Of a DNA stretch of 64,000 nucleotides, positions 17,943 to 27,683 are shown piece after piece; the first letter of the stretch is position 1; every line of letters starts with the position of its first letter. Under the pieces are notes generated by a model that had not been told where the DNA came from, made no database searches, and saw only the letters and a list, made by a program, of their open reading frames with translations. The translations under genes were made by a program, and so were the position numbers. The DNA comes from a bacterium. Lineage in GTDB: Bacteria; Patescibacteriota; Saccharimonadia; CAILAD01; GCA-016700035. The stretch is taken from NCBI GenBank assembly GCA_016700035.1, contig CP064998.1:462790-526789 (forward strand), in the 5' to 3' direction.

Positions 17943-18125
17943 TCTCATTATAATTAATGTACTCATGCTCGCTTTTTGTTCGTATTATTGATAGAGTTAG
18001 TTTAGTAAAAGAAAAGACCACACCAGTAAGAAACCAATGTGGACTTTTCATTTACCCCTTCCATATCACCATAAAGGATTTTGCGGCCGTCACTAAATAT
18101 TCTATACAGCCGTGACTATGGAAGA

Positions 18126-18200
18126 GAGCGATCTGCTAACGCGGTTGAACCTAAAGGAGGGTGAGTTTTAGGATATGGCCCCGCAATTAGCAGATCGCTC
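18126..18200 (+). promoter_or_regulatory. 14-bp perfect stem (GAGCGATCTGCTAA / TTAGCAGATCGCTC) enclosing SD AAAGGAGGG and ATG of a 26-aa micro-ORF upstream of dprA
   Basis: Perfect inverted repeat 18126-18139 / 18187-18200; enclosed 47 nt contain nested CCTAAA/TTTAGG pairing around the SD. Confidence 0.4.
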
Positions 18201-18255
18201 GCTTCCAATCAAATGGGTTTTAGTGGTACGGACGTATATTATCACGATAATATAA
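18175..18255 (+). CDS. 26-aa micro-ORF (MAPQLADRSLPIKWVLVVRTYIITII), possible leader peptide
   Basis: Strong SD AAAGGAGGG 4-12 nt upstream of ATG; start and SD sequestered in hairpin. Confidence 0.2.
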   Translation: MAPQLADRSLPIKWVLVVRTYIITII

Positions 18256-18327
18256 TTTTGTCAATAGTTTTTACTAGAGGATTATTACTTTACAGAACAA
18301 TCATCAGATTATGCAAGCACAACTACT

Positions 18328-19188
18328 ATGCAAGTTTTACTAAAATCAGACAAGCTTTATCCAGAACTCCTGGGCGAGATCTATCAAGCACCCGCCCAAC
18401 TATATGTCGCAGGCGATCTACCTAATCTACCAATGATTGCAATTGTTGGCTCCAGAAAACCAACCCCTTACGGAGAGATGGTGGCCTATAAAATTTCAGC
18501 TGACCTAGCTAGAGCGGGTTTCTGCATCGTGAGTGGGTTAGCTTATGGAATAGATAGCATTGTGCACAGGGCAGCCCTGGAGTCCAATGGAAAAACCGTC
18601 GCTGTACTTGGATCGGGCTTAGAAAATATTTACCCAACCAAACACCGCCCACTAGCTAGAGAAATTATTCGATCGGGTGGCGCTATAATTAGCGAATATC
18701 CAGCCGCCACACCACCACTCAAGCATCATTTTCCAGCCCGTAATCGTATTATTGCCGGACTAGCTCAAGCCACCATTGTACCAGAGGCCGATGCCAAGTC
18801 TGGGTCGCTCATCACCGCACAGCTAGCCCTTGATGAAAATAGACTAGTGTTTGCTGTTCCGGGGCCAATTACCAGTGCTCGATCGTCTGGCCCTAATAAT
18901 CTACTCAAGGCTGGCGCCAGTGTAATCACATCAGCCGCTGATGTCTGTGCAATATTGGGGTCAAACAGCCCTGAAAAAGAGCAGACTATTCTATCTACCA
19001 AAGAATTGAGTCAAAATGCTCAAATTATCTTACGATCACTGCAAAATAACCCAGCCACAACAGATGATTTATCAACATCAACCAAACTGGCCATATCAGA
19101 GCTATTGAGCACATTAACACTTTTAGAGATGCAGAACTTTGTCCGATCAACCCATGGTAACACCTGGATAAGTACCATAACTATTTGA
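18328..19188 (+). CDS. dprA: DNA-processing protein A (short form lacking SAM domain)
   Basis: Rossmann-fold DprA motifs (AIVGSRKPTPYGE ... GLAYGIDSIVHRAALE ... GSLITAQLAL). Confidence 0.8.
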   Translation: MQVLLKSDKLYPELLGEIYQAPAQLYVAGDLPNLPMIAIVGSRKPTPYGEMVAYKISADLARAGFCIVSGLAYGIDSIVHRAALESNGKTVAVLGSGLENIYPTKHRPLAREIIRSGGAIISEYPAATPPLKHHFPARNRIIAGLAQATIVPEADAKSGSLITAQLALDENRLVFAVPGPITSARSSGPNNLLKAGASVITSAADVCAILGSNSPEKEQTILSTKELSQNAQIILRSLQNNPATTDDLSTSTKLAISELLSTLTLLEMQNFVRSTHGNTWISTITI

Positions 19189-19234
19189 CAAAACAAAGCC
19201 TTGCCCCGTACAATCGGCGAGCTAGATATTTAAA

Positions 19235-21235
19235 GTGTATAATAAATTTTTGATGAAAAAAGCTCGCCCTAAAAAAACCGTTCTTATAGTAGAGAGCCCC
19301 GCCAAGGGTAAGACGATCGAGTCTTACTTGGGCCGAGGCTATAAGGTTGTGGCCAGCTACGGGCATGTTCGAGACCTACCAAAATCTAAGCTTGGCATTG
19401 ATGTTGAGCATGATTTCGAACCGCAGTATATGGTGCCACGCGGTAGTGCATCTCGCATTAAAACCCTCAAAAATGCTACTAAAGATGCTGACACCATCCT
19501 ACTCGCTACCGACCTTGACCGCGAAGGAGAGGCGATTGCCTGGCATTTGGCTAATATCTTGGAGCCCCGCCAGGACCAAGCCATGCAACGCATTACTTTC
19601 TCGGAAATTACTAAACCGGCTCTAGAAAAAGCCGTTTCCGAACCGCGTGAGATTAACCAGAATCTAGTCGATGCTCAGCAAGCCAGGCGAGTGCTTGACC
19701 GTCTTGTGGGCTATTCACTCTCACCAGTACTATGGAAGAAAGTTCGCTATGGACTATCAGCTGGGCGAGTGCAAAGTGTGGCGCTAAAGTTTATTACCGA
19801 CCGAGAAAAAGAAATTGAAGCCTTCAAAACAGAGGAGTACTGGTCGATTGAAGCTGATTTAGAAGCTCCAGCTGGCCAGATTACCGCTAACCTCGTAAGC
19901 ATCAAGAATGAAAAAATAAACCTCACCAATGAAGCCGATACCAGCGCGATTGTTAAAAGTCTCAAGACTGACAGTTATTCTGTTTTAGATGTAGAAAAAA
20001 AGCCCCTACGACGCACTCCACCTGCACCATTTACCACCAGTACCTTACAGCAAGACGCCTACCGACGACTAGGCTTTGGCGCTCGCCGTACGATGCGAGC
20101 TGCTCAAGCCCTCTATGAAGCTGGTCATATCTCATATATGCGTACCGATTCTGTCACTCTATCGGATCAAGCCCTTACCGCCATCACCAAATATATCACC
20201 TCATCGATTGGCAAGGAGTATGCCTTAAAAAGCCCGCGAATATTTAAAACTAAGGCCCGTGGAGCTCAAGAAGCTCATGAGGCCATCCGACCAACTGATC
20301 CCACCCACGAACCTCAAACTATGTCTGACCTAGCCGGTGATGAGGCCAAGCTGTATAACCTTATTTGGCAACGAACCCTAGCTTCCCAGATGGCGCTAGC
20401 TGAATTTGAGCAAACTAAAATCAACATTCAAGCTCAACAAACCGAAGCACTATTGCGAGCTAGCGGACGCGTCTTAGTCTTTGATGGCTTTACTAGAATT
20501 TATCCCGCACAAAGCAAGGATGAGGCACCACTCCTGCCAGATGTTACAGCCAAGGAAGCGCTCAAACTAATCGATGTAGCTGGCGAACAACACTTCACCC
20601 AACCTCCAGCTCGCTACAGCGAAGCGACGCTCGTGAAAAAGCTCGAAGAAGCCGGGATTGGACGTCCAAGTACCTATGCGCCAACTATTGCTACTATTAT
20701 CTCGCGTGGCTACGTCTTAAATGAAGAAAAAAGACTTGTCCCGCAACCTATCGGTATGATCGTATCCGACCTTTTGGCGGAAAATTTTGATTTTGTTACC
20801 GAACCCGAATTTACCGCTAAAATGGAAGATACTCTAGATAAAGTAGCTGCTGGAGAGCAGACCTGGAAACCGGTAATTCGTGATTACTACCAGCCTATGA
20901 AAAAACTCATCGATGAAAAAGTAGAGACTATTGAAAAAGTTCAAATTCCAGTTATTGAAACTGATGAAAAATGTGAAATTTGTGGTAAACCGATGGTGAT
21001 TAAATCTGGCCGATTTGGGCAATTTATGGCCTGTTCTGGCTGGCCGGACTGCAAAAACGCTAAGCCAATCCTCAAAAAAACCGGCGTGGAGTGCCCTCAG
21101 TGTCATGAAGGCGAATTAGTGGAGCGCAAAACTAAAAAGGGCCGTCGATTTTGGAGCTGTATGCGTTATCCAGACTGTGATTACGCCACCTGGACAAAGC
21201 CTAAAAATCCAGATTCCGAAGAGCTATCAGACTAG
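19235..21235 (+). CDS. topA: DNA topoisomerase I
   Basis: TOPRIM (VLIVESPAKGKTIE, DLDREGEAIAWH), catalytic Tyr region (SYMRTDS), C-terminal Cys4 zinc ribbons. Confidence 0.9.
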   Translation: MYNKFLMKKARPKKTVLIVESPAKGKTIESYLGRGYKVVASYGHVRDLPKSKLGIDVEHDFEPQYMVPRGSASRIKTLKNATKDADTILLATDLDREGEAIAWHLANILEPRQDQAMQRITFSEITKPALEKAVSEPREINQNLVDAQQARRVLDRLVGYSLSPVLWKKVRYGLSAGRVQSVALKFITDREKEIEAFKTEEYWSIEADLEAPAGQITANLVSIKNEKINLTNEADTSAIVKSLKTDSYSVLDVEKKPLRRTPPAPFTTSTLQQDAYRRLGFGARRTMRAAQALYEAGHISYMRTDSVTLSDQALTAITKYITSSIGKEYALKSPRIFKTKARGAQEAHEAIRPTDPTHEPQTMSDLAGDEAKLYNLIWQRTLASQMALAEFEQTKINIQAQQTEALLRASGRVLVFDGFTRIYPAQSKDEAPLLPDVTAKEALKLIDVAGEQHFTQPPARYSEATLVKKLEEAGIGRPSTYAPTIATIISRGYVLNEEKRLVPQPIGMIVSDLLAENFDFVTEPEFTAKMEDTLDKVAAGEQTWKPVIRDYYQPMKKLIDEKVETIEKVQIPVIETDEKCEICGKPMVIKSGRFGQFMACSGWPDCKNAKPILKKTGVECPQCHEGELVERKTKKGRRFWSCMRYPDCDYATWTKPKNPDSEELSD

Positions 21236-21290
21236 CTAGCTACAAGCAGTAGCGCCTTTACCAACTACTTAAAAAAGTCCTGCAGTTTTG

Positions 21291-21319
21291 TTGACCTATC
21301 TATAAAGCGATGATATAAT
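21291..21319 (+). promoter_or_regulatory. consensus sigma-70 promoter TTGACC-17 nt-TATAAT
   Basis: -35 TTGACC at 21291-21296, exact 17-nt spacer, -10 TATAAT at 21314-21319; followed by SD GGGAGGG and ATG at 21356. Confidence 0.6.
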
Positions 21320-21355
21320 ATTTCGCAAGACTATAGGTTAGGGAGGGTGAGGAAA

Positions 21356-22453
21356 ATGTCTATTCAAGCTATGCCAGATACTACTACTATTGATGTTCGC
21401 CCTCTCGTCGAATCTCTGATCGACGAGAGTTTGCGTGTACTTAAAAAAGATCGTGATCGAGAAGTTGTGGCCAAACGTCATGGCCTAAAAAACTTCCAAC
21501 CCCATACTTTGGAGCAAATCGGTAGTGAACTTGGCATTACGCGCGAAAGAGTCCGCCAGATTGAAAAAGCAGCCTTCCAAAAAATCCGCGAGCAAGGCAT
21601 AGCCAGCAATGATCTCCACAGCTCGATTCTAACCTCAATTGATGGGACGGGGGGAATTATCCAGCTAGATAATCTACTCAACAAACTAGAGCTAGATTCA
21701 GCAGAACGCCCCAACGTAACCTATCTAGTCCGCATCATGCCCGATCTTGAACTAATTGAACTTAGCGACGAGCTATCTCCGGTTGTAACTATTACCGAAC
21801 CGTATAATCGTCAAGCCATCCTACATCTCCATCGTCAATTGCATGATGCTACAAAATCATATGGTAAGCCTGTTAAGTTTAATAAAATTGCTGGAGCAAT
21901 CGACGGACCGCACGCTCGAACTGCCCTTGAAGAGCTAGCTACTGCCTCAAAATTAGTCACCGATCTCGATGGCCAATGGGGACTGGCCAGCTGGCCAGAG
22001 GTTAATCCGCGTAGTATTCGCGATAAAACCTATCTGGTGCTAAAAAAAGCCGGTCGCCCAATGCACTTTACTGAGATTTCTGATAAAATCTCCAAGCTTG
22101 ATGCCAACCCTAAGCAGGTTACCACTCAAGCCGTCCATAACGAGCTGATTAAAGATGCTCGCTTCGTACTGATTGGACGCGGTATTTACGCCCTAGCTGA
22201 ATGGGGCTACCAAGCCGGAACTGTAGCTGATATTATAGAGCAAATATTACGCGAAGAAAGCCCACTCACCAGGGAAGAGATTATTAAACGAGTACTTTCG
22301 CGACGACAAGTAAAAGTTGCTACTATTGCCTTAAACCTACAGGAAAAGCCTCAATTCGAACGGGTTGGTAAGGGACTTTACAAATTACAAGATGGTTTTG
22401 TTGCCGAACCGCGCAAGCGACGTGGTCGACCGCGCAACTCTACCGCCTCATAA
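21356..22453 (+). CDS. DNA-binding protein: sigma-70 region-4 HTH + two HARE-HTH-like modules + C-terminal AT-hook
   Basis: Region-4 like HTH (TLEQIGSELGITRERVRQIEKAAFQKIR); two repeats resembling RNAP-delta/HARE-HTH (GQWGLASWPE; GRGIYALAEWGY); C-terminal PRKRRGRPRN AT-hook. Confidence 0.45.
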   Translation: MSIQAMPDTTTIDVRPLVESLIDESLRVLKKDRDREVVAKRHGLKNFQPHTLEQIGSELGITRERVRQIEKAAFQKIREQGIASNDLHSSILTSIDGTGGIIQLDNLLNKLELDSAERPNVTYLVRIMPDLELIELSDELSPVVTITEPYNRQAILHLHRQLHDATKSYGKPVKFNKIAGAIDGPHARTALEELATASKLVTDLDGQWGLASWPEVNPRSIRDKTYLVLKKAGRPMHFTEISDKISKLDANPKQVTTQAVHNELIKDARFVLIGRGIYALAEWGYQAGTVADIIEQILREESPLTREEIIKRVLSRRQVKVATIALNLQEKPQFERVGKGLYKLQDGFVAEPRKRRGRPRNSTAS

Positions 22454-22519
22454 AAACATTTAAAACCTAGCAATATAAAAGCAGGCTACTCGAAAGTGCG
22501 GTACAATAGAACCTGATCC

Positions 22520-25183
22520 ATGGAAGCAATATTCTCAATAATTGGCGCCGTTTTATCAATAATCGGTATTGCACTGTTTCAGTACTGGGGCTGGACTCTA
22601 ATTGCTGGTTATCTTATCTGGCAAATCTGGCAAAATAAACGCAAAGTGGCATTTGTTGAAACTACCGAACATACCATGTTGCAAATTATCGTACCTAAAA
22701 ATAATGATAAAAAAGAACTTTCAGCCGAACAGTTATTTGCAAGTTTACATGGTATTTTACGCCCTAAATCCGAAATTGAACGTGATGGATCTATCCAGGA
22801 ACATATAAGCTTTGAGATTGTCTCTGAGCAAAATGTAATTAATTTTTACGTTTGGGTTCCTACTCACTTAAAAGACTATGTCGAAAGCCAGGTATATGCC
22901 CAGTACCCCACGGTACAGATCCTTGCCGATGTAGAGGACTATGCCAAGCGCGATATCGGCGACCAACTTAGTGTGGTAAGCGAGATTAAAACAACTAAAG
23001 ACTTTATCTTCCCAATTAAAACATTTACTACCTTTGAAGTTGATCCTCTTGCTGGCATTACTACGGTGCTTGCCACCTTACAACCCAATGAACAGCTTTG
23101 GGTACAATACATGATGCGCCCCGTGGATGATTCTTGGCATGCGCGTAGCTTATCTTATGTTTCAGAGCTTAAAAATGGTAAAAAGAGTAGTATTTTTGAT
23201 AATTGGCAGCAACGCCTCCTCTTATTACCACTAGAGGCAATTCTGTATTTTATCCAGGCTCTAGTAAACCCACCTCAGCCCAAGGAAAAGAAGGAAGAAA
23301 AGAAAGAGATGACGCCAGGTCAGACGACAATAGCTTCCGCTATCGAGACCAAAGCTGAAAAAATTGGCTACGAAGTAAAAATACGTGTCGTCTATATTGG
23401 CGACTCAGCCGATCTTGCCAAACAACGCCTGCAAGCCCTCTATGGTGGCTTCAAGCAGTTTAATACTATAAATCTGAATGGTCTAAGCGGTGGGGGATAC
23501 GACACGACCGCAGAGAGCTTACAGGAGTACCGAGCTCGTTACTTTGAAGGCGGTGGTTTTATCTTAAACGTTGAAGAGCTTGCCAGTCTCTACCACCTAC
23601 CGCACACCAGTGTTGAAACACCAAATATTGCCTGGACCACCACCAAGGTAGGGGAGCCACCAACCAATCTACCAACCCTGGCTAACACTCCACAGGAAGC
23701 GCTATCGTTAATTGGCACCACTACCTTCCGTCAAACCAATGTAAAATTTGGTATTAAAAGGGACGACCGCAAACGACACCTCTATATTATCGGAAAATCT
23801 GGCTCCGGTAAGAGCTTTGCCTTACTCCTGTTAACTCTCTCCGATATCTATCATAATCAAGGTTTTGCAATTGTCGATCCACACGGTGATTTTGCTCAAG
23901 ATGCCCTAAAATATATCCCCGAACACCGTCATCAAGATGTAGTTTACTTCAACCCGTCAGATTTTGAGCACCCCATCTCATTTAACCCGATGGAAAATGC
24001 CGACCCCAATATGCGCGCCTCAATTGCCTCTGAGATTATTGGTGTTTTAAAGAAGATGTTTGCCGAATCTTGGGGGCCTCGTCTGGAGCATATCTTGCGC
24101 TTTACACTCCTAGCTCTACTTGAAACTCCTGATGCCAACCTGATGGGCATCACTCGCATGTTAACCGATAAAAACTTCCGTAAAAAAGTGGTCGACCAAA
24201 TAACTGATGTTACTGTAAAAGCATTTTGGATAAATGAATTTGCTAGCTGGAATGATAAATTTGCCACCGAAGCTGTGGCGCCAATCCTTAATAAGGTTGG
24301 GGCCTTCACCGCCAACCCATTAATTCGTAATGTAATCGGACAAAAAAAATCTAGCTTTGACATTCGGCAGATAATGGATGAAGGCAAAATTCTAATTTGT
24401 GATTTATCACGCGGACGACTCGGGGAAGATAATGCTGCTACACTCGGGGCACTCCTAATTACTAAAATTCAGCTAGCCGCTATGAGCCGAGCCAACATTC
24501 CGCTTGACCAACGTCGCCCATTTTATCTCTACGTCGATGAGTTTCAGAACTTTGCTACCGACTCCTTTGCTGTCATTCTCTCTGAAGCCCGTAAGTATGG
24601 CTTGTACTTAACTGTAGCCAACCAATACGTGGCCCAGATGCAGCAAGAGGTGAGAGACGCTGTTTTTGGTAATGTTGGCTCTATGATTACCTTTAGAGTG
24701 GGGGCCGATGATGCTACTGCGCTAGCACGCTATTTTGAACCCATCTTTGAGCCAGGCGATCTAACCAACCTGTCTTTGCAAAACATCTATGTAACTATGT
24801 CGATTGATGGCGAAACAAGTATTCCATTCTCTGCTAAAACTCTCCGGGTGCCAGACCCTGAAGCGGATAATGCTCAAAAGATTATTGAGCTATCGCGCCA
24901 GCGCTTTAACAGCAATAGGGAAGAGGTGGAGCAGGTAATTGCCGAATGGAACAATATGTCAGAAAAACCGACCGAGCAGGGTGGTAGACACTCCACAGAT
25001 AATCTACCAGCAGCTGAAGGAGAACCTAAGCCGGCTCACGTACAAACCCGCCCTACTCCTGCAGTGTCCGGCGCCCAGCCCAAGAACTACTCTGAAATGA
25101 TGCGCCAGAATACTCAACACAAATCCAATACCAACCGTAAGCCATCTGACAAACCAGCTAATCGTAAGCGTAAACGTCGATAA
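22520..25183 (+). CDS. VirD4/TraG/TrwB-like type IV coupling-protein family ATPase (887 aa, 2 N-terminal TM, K/R-rich tail)
   Basis: Walker A IIGKSGSGKSF followed by IVDPHGD, Walker B YLYVDEFQNF, TM hairpin at N-terminus; long non-canonical 350-aa insertion before the NTPase domain. Confidence 0.5.
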   Translation: MEAIFSIIGAVLSIIGIALFQYWGWTLIAGYLIWQIWQNKRKVAFVETTEHTMLQIIVPKNNDKKELSAEQLFASLHGILRPKSEIERDGSIQEHISFEIVSEQNVINFYVWVPTHLKDYVESQVYAQYPTVQILADVEDYAKRDIGDQLSVVSEIKTTKDFIFPIKTFTTFEVDPLAGITTVLATLQPNEQLWVQYMMRPVDDSWHARSLSYVSELKNGKKSSIFDNWQQRLLLLPLEAILYFIQALVNPPQPKEKKEEKKEMTPGQTTIASAIETKAEKIGYEVKIRVVYIGDSADLAKQRLQALYGGFKQFNTINLNGLSGGGYDTTAESLQEYRARYFEGGGFILNVEELASLYHLPHTSVETPNIAWTTTKVGEPPTNLPTLANTPQEALSLIGTTTFRQTNVKFGIKRDDRKRHLYIIGKSGSGKSFALLLLTLSDIYHNQGFAIVDPHGDFAQDALKYIPEHRHQDVVYFNPSDFEHPISFNPMENADPNMRASIASEIIGVLKKMFAESWGPRLEHILRFTLLALLETPDANLMGITRMLTDKNFRKKVVDQITDVTVKAFWINEFASWNDKFATEAVAPILNKVGAFTANPLIRNVIGQKKSSFDIRQIMDEGKILICDLSRGRLGEDNAATLGALLITKIQLAAMSRANIPLDQRRPFYLYVDEFQNFATDSFAVILSEARKYGLYLTVANQYVAQMQQEVRDAVFGNVGSMITFRVGADDATALARYFEPIFEPGDLTNLSLQNIYVTMSIDGETSIPFSAKTLRVPDPEADNAQKIIELSRQRFNSNREEVEQVIAEWNNMSEKPTEQGGRHSTDNLPAAEGEPKPAHVQTRPTPAVSGAQPKNYSEMMRQNTQHKSNTNRKPSDKPANRKRKRR

Positions 25184-25196
25184 ATTATCAATATGA

Positions 25197-25225
25197 GATA
25201 AATCCATAAAATCTATGGATTTATC
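25197..25225 (+). terminator. 12-bp perfect hairpin GATAAATCCATA-aaatc-TATGGATTTATC after VirD4-like gene (no U-tract)
   Basis: perfect inverted repeat 14 nt after the stop codon. Confidence 0.3.
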
Positions 25226-25619
25226 CTAATGCTAACTTTCGCCCATAACTAAATAGGGCATTGTCTAGTTTTATCATCATGCTTAAGACGATACCTAATA
25301 TATCTTTAACTACATATTATAATGTCGCACAATGTATATTTTGCGTCGTAAATATAGGTTTAATTCAAATGTTCCTTAATAGATGCTGATTACACATTCA
25401 GTACGCTCAATATACCTTTTAAATATATTTAATGGATTAGCCACCTTTAAAAGCCCCATAGCTAAACTTCTCATTAAGGCAAAAAAATACTTAAGGAAAA
25501 CCAAGCTTATAAGGTATAAACTACATCTAACACATCTGAATTTCAGGATGCGTCACACAGCACAAGCCAGCATCGCAGTAGATGATCTAACTTGTGCTAT
25601 GTAGGTAGTTTTACAATGC

Positions 25620-25643
25620 CTGTGAAACAAACTTGTTTCACAG
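25620..25643. terminator. 11-bp perfect hairpin CTGTGAAACAA-ac-TTGTTTCACAG downstream of ftsQ
   Basis: perfect inverted repeat 14 nt beyond ftsQ stop, A/T-rich flanks. Confidence 0.35.
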
Positions 25644-25656
25644 AAAATATTGACTT

Positions 25657-26484
25657 TTATTTATAATATGTTTTGCCAACTACCCTGACATCTACATATT
25701 CATTAATTGCCCTACCCGCTTTCTTGGCATCAGCTACTGTTGCTAGATAAGCCTCCAGCTGCTCCCCTGCCCCACGTTCAACTGCCATTTTAATCACCAC
25801 CCCTCCCTTCACCATGGCAAGAACTTCGCGCGTCGTCTCTCCTATCGACAGGTATTCAATTGTAATATTTTTTTCATTTGCCTGGCTAAAAAGCGATCGA
25901 GTAAACTCCACAAATCTCGCATCAGCTACTTTATCGCCCTCCCTAACCTCTATCTGAGCTGTATCGACTACCCGCCCATAGCTCGTATCACTCGCCTGCG
26001 CCACCCTTAATATATGCCCATCCTCGCCTACCAACCAAAGTCTTCCGGCACTCTGCCAAACTAGAGCCGGTTGAGTTTCGTTAATATTCACTTTCACGCC
26101 TAATAATAATGTTCGGTTTATGTTCACTTTATTGATAGTGGGATGTTGATCTTCGATATAGCGAGCCAACTCACTCGGTTGGAGGAATAAGACATTGCGC
26201 TGAGTTGGAAATTCTTTTAGATAGGATTCGATATCGCTGGCTACAGTCTCCTTAGTTAATGAGTGCTTCCCTTGCAGGCTTATGCTCCGAATATTGAGCC
26301 AGCCAGAGAAGAAAATTACCCAAATAAGGCTAGTAATTAATGCCAGGAAGCCAGCTCGCCGTAAATAAACCCGCCATTTAAACGGCTGCTTGGGCGCCTC
26401 ATTGGCAGAAGGCGCATAGACTACCTGGCGCGCGCCACGCTGAACCTGTCGATCTACACTCCTGGGCTGATCATTGCGGGTCAT
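25657..26484 (-). CDS. ftsQ: cell division protein FtsQ/DivIB (POTRA domain)
   Basis: Single N-terminal TM, POTRA-like region; last gene of dcw cluster after murG. Confidence 0.65.
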   Translation of the reverse strand: MTRNDQPRSVDRQVQRGARQVVYAPSANEAPKQPFKWRVYLRRAGFLALITSLIWVIFFSGWLNIRSISLQGKHSLTKETVASDIESYLKEFPTQRNVLFLQPSELARYIEDQHPTINKVNINRTLLLGVKVNINETQPALVWQSAGRLWLVGEDGHILRVAQASDTSYGRVVDTAQIEVREGDKVADARFVEFTRSLFSQANEKNITIEYLSIGETTREVLAMVKGGVVIKMAVERGAGEQLEAYLATVADAKKAGRAINEYVDVRVVGKTYYK

Positions 26485-27683
26485 AATATTTGACCACCAA
26501 TGCTTAAAATTATCTCCGCTAATCGCTCCGCTGCATCAGGCTCGGCTAGTCGATGCAAGGCCTGTCCGAGATATTTCTGGTCGCTAGCTGAATCAGCTAG
26601 ATTATCGATAGTGGCACGCAGAGTAATTGGTGTGAGTTTAGACTGCTCGATCATACGTGCAGCCCCTTTTTTTAATAAATATTGAGCATTTTTAAGCTGA
26701 TGACCATTGGCCGAATTAGGTAGTGGTACCAGAATAGTTGGCTTTGATAGTAATGCTAACTCCGCTAAAACATTAGCCCCACAGCGTGTCACCACAATAT
26801 CCGCTAACGCGTAAGCATCGGCTAGTTCGGCTTGGAAAAAAGCCTGGGGAACATAGTGGTTACGCACCTGATCGGCTAGCTTTTGGCGACGGAACATCGC
26901 AGCATCAATTTCTCGATCGCCCGTCTGATGGATAACATTATAAGTCTCTACCAGATTATCAATTACACTAAAAACAGCCTGATTAATTGCATGGGCCCCC
27001 AATGATCCACCAATAAATAATATTGTGGGGCGTGCGCCATCTAGTCCGAAATGTCGCTGAGCCCGCACACGATTACCACCTAGAACCGCCTGTCGCACTG
27101 GGTTACCGGTAGCAACCACTCGAGCCGTCGACTTTATGTTGTGTAGACTATCGGCCGGAAAGCCAGTTGCTACCACCTGAGCATATGTAGACAGAACTCG
27201 ATTTGTCATCCCCATGACAGTATCTGACTCATGAATTACCAAGGGTAGTTTTAAGCGCCGGGCCGCCAAACCAACCGGAAGACCAACATAACCACCCTTC
27301 ACAAATACAACATCGGGGTTGAGCTTTCTTAGTAGTTGACGAGCATCTGACAGGCCCCTAGTCAATCGCCAGGCATCGCGCGTGTTGGCGGTGATTGTAC
27401 GTACGTCTAATAGTTCCCCTGCGCCACGCCCATAACGACGTAACTTACCGCTGCGAATAGCGTGATACATCAAGCCATTCTCTTCAGCTAGTTGACGCTC
27501 CATTTCTGAACCAGATCCAATAAAGTCTATTGCAACCGGTTCTTTAGAAAGTTTTCTGAGCGCCACGCACAGGGCCAAAACCGGTGTGACGTGACCGCCG
27601 GTCCCGCCGCCCGATACGACTATCCGCATAAGACTGTTCCCTTTCTGTATAACGTGAAATATTCTGCAAAACCCCCACCCCAA
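26481..27683 (-). CDS. murG: UDP-N-acetylglucosamine--N-acetylmuramyl-(pentapeptide) pyrophosphoryl-undecaprenol N-acetylglucosamine transferase
   Basis: N-terminal G-loop VVSGGGTGGHVTPVLAL; true start probably internal Met (MRIVVSGGG, ~27629). Confidence 0.85.
   Translation of the reverse strand: MGWGFCRIFHVIQKGNSLMRIVVSGGGTGGHVTPVLALCVALRKLSKEPVAIDFIGSGSEMERQLAEENGLMYHAIRSGKLRRYGRGAGELLDVRTITANTRDAWRLTRGLSDARQLLRKLNPDVVFVKGGYVGLPVGLAARRLKLPLVIHESDTVMGMTNRVLSTYAQVVATGFPADSLHNIKSTARVVATGNPVRQAVLGGNRVRAQRHFGLDGARPTILFIGGSLGAHAINQAVFSVIDNLVETYNVIHQTGDREIDAAMFRRQKLADQVRNHYVPQAFFQAELADAYALADIVVTRCGANVLAELALLSKPTILVPLPNSANGHQLKNAQYLLKKGAARMIEQSKLTPITLRATIDNLADSASDQKYLGQALHRLAEPDAAERLAEIILSIGGQIL

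Noticed and set aside
18213-18425. 70-aa + strand ORF overlapping dprA start
   Set aside because: Different frame from the SD-led micro-ORF and from dprA. It has no RBS and is probably spurious.
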